Shown here: one piece after another, positions 58,721 through 64,000 of the stretch
Layout: every line of letters begins with the position of its first letter
Position numbering within the stretch: the stretch's first letter is position 1
Assembly (NCBI GenBank): GCA_963514005.1
Contig: OY740781.1
Coordinates: forward strand, 177,692,001 to 177,756,000
DNA: 64,000 bases
From: Raja brachyura
Taxonomy: Eukaryota
Direction: 5' to 3'
The notes under the pieces: generated by a model
The model's input: the letters and a program-made list of their open reading frames with translations, nothing else
The model's database searches: none
What the model was told of the DNA's origin: nothing
Made by a program: the position numbers and the translations under genes

Positions 58721-61700
58721 GGAACTTGTGAAGGCAATTTCTGTGTTTGTTGTTTGTTTAATGATTATTTTCTGATTATATTTAGTTATTCTTCAAACTA
58801 GCCACTCTAAATCTAAGATATTGTTTGCTACATAAAAATGTGGTACCTCAAAGTGTATCCTGAAATTAATAATGAAAATTAATATTAGTCACATAACTAA
58901 CCTTGTATTCCAGCAGCAGCAGTAAAAAAAAATCAAAATATCACAAAATACGTTAAATGTGTCAAAGCCCTAGACTCTATAACATCTATGTCAGGATGCT
59001 ATTTGTTTCTTGCCATCCATAGCCTGCTCCCATCACATTGATGTAATCATCAAGAAAGCACATGCTCACGAGGATTCTCTTGAACTTCTACAGGTATGGA
59101 AAGTATTTTGATGTGATGTTCTCCGCCTGGGATGGCATCTCATCCTCTCTTGACCATGTGAACCCGCAGACTGTAGTGAACACAGCAAAGTTTACTTCCC
59201 TCCATTGAGTCCATCTTCACAGTGCCTTGCATCAGGAAGGCTGGATGAATTTCAAGGATGCCTGTCACCCGGGCCATTCTCTTCTGGGAGTAGATACAGG
59301 GGGCTGAAAGCCTCAATGCCCAGACTTGAGAACAACTTAAGTCTGGGCATCAGATTCCTGAATCAATCACTTTTTTCATACCCCACGCTCAGAAATGTTA
59401 CTCTTGCTCTCAACTCAATCTGAGTTGGTTATACCGTTATTGCATTTTAGTGCTTTTCTACGCTACCTCAGGCTGCACTACAATCATGCACCATTCTGTT
59501 GTTTTCCAGTAATTACTGTATTTATCATTACTGTATGTATACTGTTTCCTCTATGAACTTCATGCAAACAAGGAATTGTATCCTGGTGTATATAACAATA
59601 AACCAATCAAAATCCTTACAAAATGAGACATTTTCCTAATTTATGATATAGATAAAAATCAAGCAGACTACAATTTTTACTTGTTTTTAGCGTTAGAATT
59701 CTTTCACCTTCTGACTGTTCAGATATGTTTGCTAATTAAAAATACTTCAATTCCAAATAAAAGTTTAGACTGATTTTATTTAGTGCATAAGTAGCTGCCA
59801 TGCATTGTTTTATTAAGCAACCCTGCAATGAAAAAAAGACATGCAATTGTTAAGAACACCCTACACGAATGCTACAAGACCTGATGATTATTTACGGCAT
59901 TTTCCGCTTGAATGTTGACAATTGCTTTCTTCAAATCCTGATAAATAGAACTTTGTAAAAGTGCTTCACAAAATCTATGCAGCAGATATTCACTTCAAAA
60001 GAATGATTCTTAATGCAGTCTGTTATCTGTATAATCATTTTAAACTGAAGGCTGCATCTGTCACAGCCAGCATTGCTAAATGCTTTTTATCCAGATGGAC
60101 AACTTTAGCCGCTGCCTGCCTCATTACTCGACAGGCCAGCTGTATGGAAATGAGCAGGGACAGCTGAGAAACACTGCACAGCAATAAGCCCAGTATGAAT
60201 AATACTTGCATTCAACAGATCTTTAGTGTTATGAACTTAAGAGCTATTCAGGAAAAGTACAACAGATTTACTGAATTTACATGTTAAAAAGTTAAAGATA
60301 AGAAATTTACAAAAAATAAAAAGGCACTCAAAAGTCTTGAGAATACAATTAGAATACAGGAATTTATTTTTAAAAGACTCAATTTTATATTTTTGATTTA
60401 TAATTAGTGTCCAACATGACATACTATGTGTGCAGATTCCGCAGATTCACAGATTATTTATATAAAGAGATAGTTTTAAAAAGGTAATACAAAATAGTGT
60501 GCTAGAAAGAAAAGAGAAAGGGAATTAAGGAGAACAAAGACAAGTTGTGGATATTGTAGGCTAAAGAACACATTATAAAAAACCATTCCAGACAGTCTTT
60601 CCTCATGTCTGACCTCTTTGCCATTCAACAAGGAGCAGGTATATAGATTTATGGTAAATTAACTGTGGGTGTAGTGTCTGCCTTCTGTCTCTTTTGCAAT
60701 ATTGGTAAAGATGAATAGAACTTCAGACATAGGTACAAAGCAGCAGATTTAATGTTATTTTCCAAACTCAGGTGTCAAAATATCTAAGCACATCATGATG
60801 ATTTAGTGAAAGCAAAGATTAAAGATAAAGTTAGCTTTATTTACAATAGGTTTGTGCCAAAGTAGCAACAGATGAAAACCCTTCCTCACTTAATAACCCA
60901 ATTTATTCTGAGCAAGAAGCAACTACCAGCAAATGAAATAGAGTACAAAGAATATAATTGACTATAGTTTTTCTTTGTATAAAATTGAAAGTTTGGAGGA
61001 AAACAATGGGAAGGATAGAATACCAAAAAGAGGAAGTAATGATCTGTGGTCAAATTTTGGAAATATTTTGATATAATAAAACTACTAGGTTAGGATGATT
61101 AGAATGGACTTTGAAATAAAAAGAGTAACAGTCATTCTGAAATAGATCAGTTACATTTTTTGTTCAGAGATTCATTTTAGTTGGATTAAAACCTTGGTTT
61201 AAATGTAGCTTGGCTGAGATAAGTTAACAACTCTAACTTTGAATCAAAATGAGGGTTATATTTTCCCTATGTATTTAAACGGCACCAGAGACATGTTTTG
61301 TATGAGAAGTTATAGGGTAGACAGCATATACTAGCTAAAGTGGACATGAGAGGTAGTGTCAGTAATCAAAAAGTTAGTTCTCAAGAAATCTGGAACATGG
61401 TTGTCTCAATCAACATCACTGAACTCAGATCATTTTAACGTCGTTCATTCCCTATTTGTGAAACAATGCAAGTAGAAATAATCCATCAGTTTGAAAAGGA
61501 TTAACCAAATTTTGATTTGGGGATTTACCGAATAGATGGTATTACTGTTTAAATATAAGTTTTTCCGGTCAAAATGGGGGAGGAAGCTTGCTTCATATTC
61601 ACATTTGGCAGGTCTGGAAACGGTATCAATTAGGAAAACTGTTGTAGTTTACTTTTTAAAAAATCTAGCATTTGCAGGTCTATAGGGAAACTTCAGGATA

Positions 61701-62584
61701 ATGGAACAAGATTCATTTAGAGAAAATTTGAATCCAACAGACCGAATTACTTCTTTTTATGTTGTAACCATTTAGTGATTCTGTGAATTAATGCATCAGT
61801 GTGTGTGGATTGCCTTTCCTTCCATACATGATTTGAAGTCCATTCAGCGATATTATCATCATTCTATACAAACAAGCAATTCTGACAATAATTCAAATTA
61901 CTAGACGAGCCCATGTTACACTTGCGTCAAAGCATTACAGATGGCAGTGAGTTAAAAAAAAAAGTTGAATGAACACATAAAGGTAATTTTGTTAATTAAA
62001 AAAAGGAAAACAAAAGGCAACCACAGCATTATTCACTGAACTCGCTCATTCCTGGCACAAAAATACATTTTCAAGTAAACAAACACATCGCTACTGAGGA
62101 ATTTCACACAGGAAGGAGATGACCCAAATTGTAACAACATTTCAGCTACTTTCCCCATCAATTATGCCCTGGGCTGCATGAGTACTGCTCCGATAACTGA
62201 AGGAGCTCAATACCAACCAGGACAAAGGAGCCCACTTTATTGAATACTGAAGGTAGTGGTTGAGTTGGGCTGCCATTCTCTGCACCACAATTGCACAGTA
62301 GCCATGCCAATTTATCAATACTTTCCAATAGCAACTTGCAGTGACCTATGCTAAATACAGCATTGTGGTAAGAGGCACACAGGAACATCAGTGGTGTATT
62401 TGGTTAATTGATCTCTATCAAGCAGAGGCAGTGCATGTGTGGCCTTTACCCTAATGTTGTATCATAGATATGCAACTTGGAAATAGGCTCTTCAGTCCAA
62501 CTAGTCCATACTGACCAAGGTGCCCAATAAACCAAAAACATATGTTCATCTGCTCAATTAAACTATGTAGAAACAGTACCTCAA

Positions 62585-63412
62585 AATAGTTCCGACACCT
62601 CCTACGGGATCCCACCCCGAATCACATTTTCCCATCTCCACGTCTTTCTGCCTTCTGCAGAAACCACTCCCTCTGCAATTTCTTGGTTCTCTCATCTCTT
62701 CCCACCCAAATCACCGCCTCCCCAGGTACTTTCCCCTGCAACCACAGGAGATGCGACACCTGTCCTTATGCCTCCTCCCTCAATTCTAACCAGGCATCTC
62801 ACAGCCCTTTCAAGTGAGATAGAGGTTCACATGTACCTCCTCTAATCTCATCTACCGCATCCGCTGTTCCCGATGTGGACTCCTGTATATCGTAGACTCA
62901 GCAACCATTTTGCTGAACATTTACGCTTGGTCCGCCGGGACCTACGGGATCTCCTGGTTCCCAACTATTCCAACTCCCCGTCCCATTGCCATACTGACCT
63001 TTCTTTCCTGGGCCTCCTCTATTGCCAGAGTGAGGGCACGTACAAATTGGACGAACAGCAAATCATATTTTGCTTGGGTAGCTTACAACTCCACAGTATG
63101 AACGTTGAATTATCTAATTTTAAGTAATTTCTACCTACACTTCCTTGCCCTCCCCCCTTTCTCCCCCTATTTGTTTCACCTATACCTCAGCTCTCCACAT
63201 TGTATCCCTCCAGTTCACAATTCCTAGACAACAATGGGCCCACCAGAGCACCGTGCCTGAGGTCATTTATGGCCGACCCTGATAGGTCCTAGCCTTTTCT
63301 CGCTTCCAGATCTTCACACTCCCCTCCCCTCACCCCCTACTTTCAGACTTCTCCTTCTCTCCAGAGGTGCTGCCCGTCCCGCTGAGTTTCTCCAGCATTT
63401 TGTGTCTATCTT
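62585..63412 (+). mobile_element. Penelope-like element 3' part (GIY-YIG endonuclease remnant plus pLTR)
   Basis: RHLLRDPTPNHIFPSP..GTFPCNHRRCDTCPY..RFTCTSSNLIYRIRCSRCGLLYI..RLSNHFAEHLR, then a 3' UTR ending in ccagaggtgctgcccgtcccgctgagtttctccagcattttgtgtctatc. Confidence 0.88.
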
Positions 63413-64000
63413 TAATTAGTTAGTTAGTTTAGTTTATTGTCACGTGTATCGAGGTGCAGTGAAAAGCTGTTTATGTTGCGTGCAGTCAGCGGAAAGACTA
63501 TACATGATTACAATCAACCCGTCCACAGTGCACAGATGCAGGATAAAGGGAATAATGTTTAGTGAAATCCGATCAATGATAGTCCGAGGGTCTCCAACGT
63601 AGACCGAGCGAGCCCTGATCAGTTTAAAGAGAGCATGGGAACTAGAGCTAGTGCTTTGGTGAGTTGTAAGGACGACAGGAACTGGGGCCCCTGTAAGTAC
63701 AAACAAAGCACCAAAAAGGGCCTTTAACACATTAGTGTTAAAGGGGTGTGTCAGAAGTGGGGCCCCAGCAAGCTGAAAGTGAACACAGGAAATGGGGCCC
63801 AGAGAGTTGAAAGAGAGCACTGGAATTGTGAGTTGAGAGGGCGTACATCAAATATCACCCCTGAGCCCGATGCCGAACCTTTGGGATTTCTGAGTAGTTG
63901 GACAGTGGAAATCTGGAATTTATCTGAAGCTTTAGCACCATTTCCCACATCATACAACCATATCTAGTTTTCAAACATAGAGTGACACTTTAACCTTATT

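Noticed and set aside
59896-59994. Open minus-strand stretch ending in GCC|gtaaat as a candidate first exon
   Set aside because: No ATG before the upstream stop, weak donor, and no similarity to known isoform peptides.

Overview
Eukaryotic, AT-rich vertebrate genomic DNA. The HE1/V-SINEs, Deu-domain SINE and CR1-rich repeat landscape point to a cartilaginous fish, probably a skate or ray (inference). The whole window lies inside the FBXW7 gene on the minus strand. Three exons are visible: the beta-isoform first exon (coding part 9237-9199, MGFYGTLKMIFFK) and the first two shared exons (7206-7124, 83 nt; 3920-3779, 142 nt). None of these is in the supplied ORF track. I could not find the alpha or gamma first exons, nor the downstream F-box/WD40 exons. 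The rest is intron packed with transposons: a young 4.8-kb L1 whose ORF2 has a single stop codon, a full-length Tc1 with a nested hAT MITE, PIF/Harbinger MITEs, Penelope-like elements and their short hammerhead-motif fold-back derivatives, CR1 and Rex1 fragments, HE1 SINEs, non-autonomous Helitrons and a fossil Helitron helicase. Main highlights: (1) a complete non-autonomous Helitron (51677-53158) carries what looks like a captured ALG13 first exon with an intact donor, sense to FBXW7 and phase-compatible with its first shared exon; (2) a p53 response element and uORF in the beta 5' leader, which lacks the mammalian N-terminal extension; (3) palindromic Penelope insertions with hammerhead cores, TSDs and a consistent one-sided ~33-nt tail. 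All homology calls are pattern recognition from memory, not database searches. Coordinates of decayed repeats are approximate.
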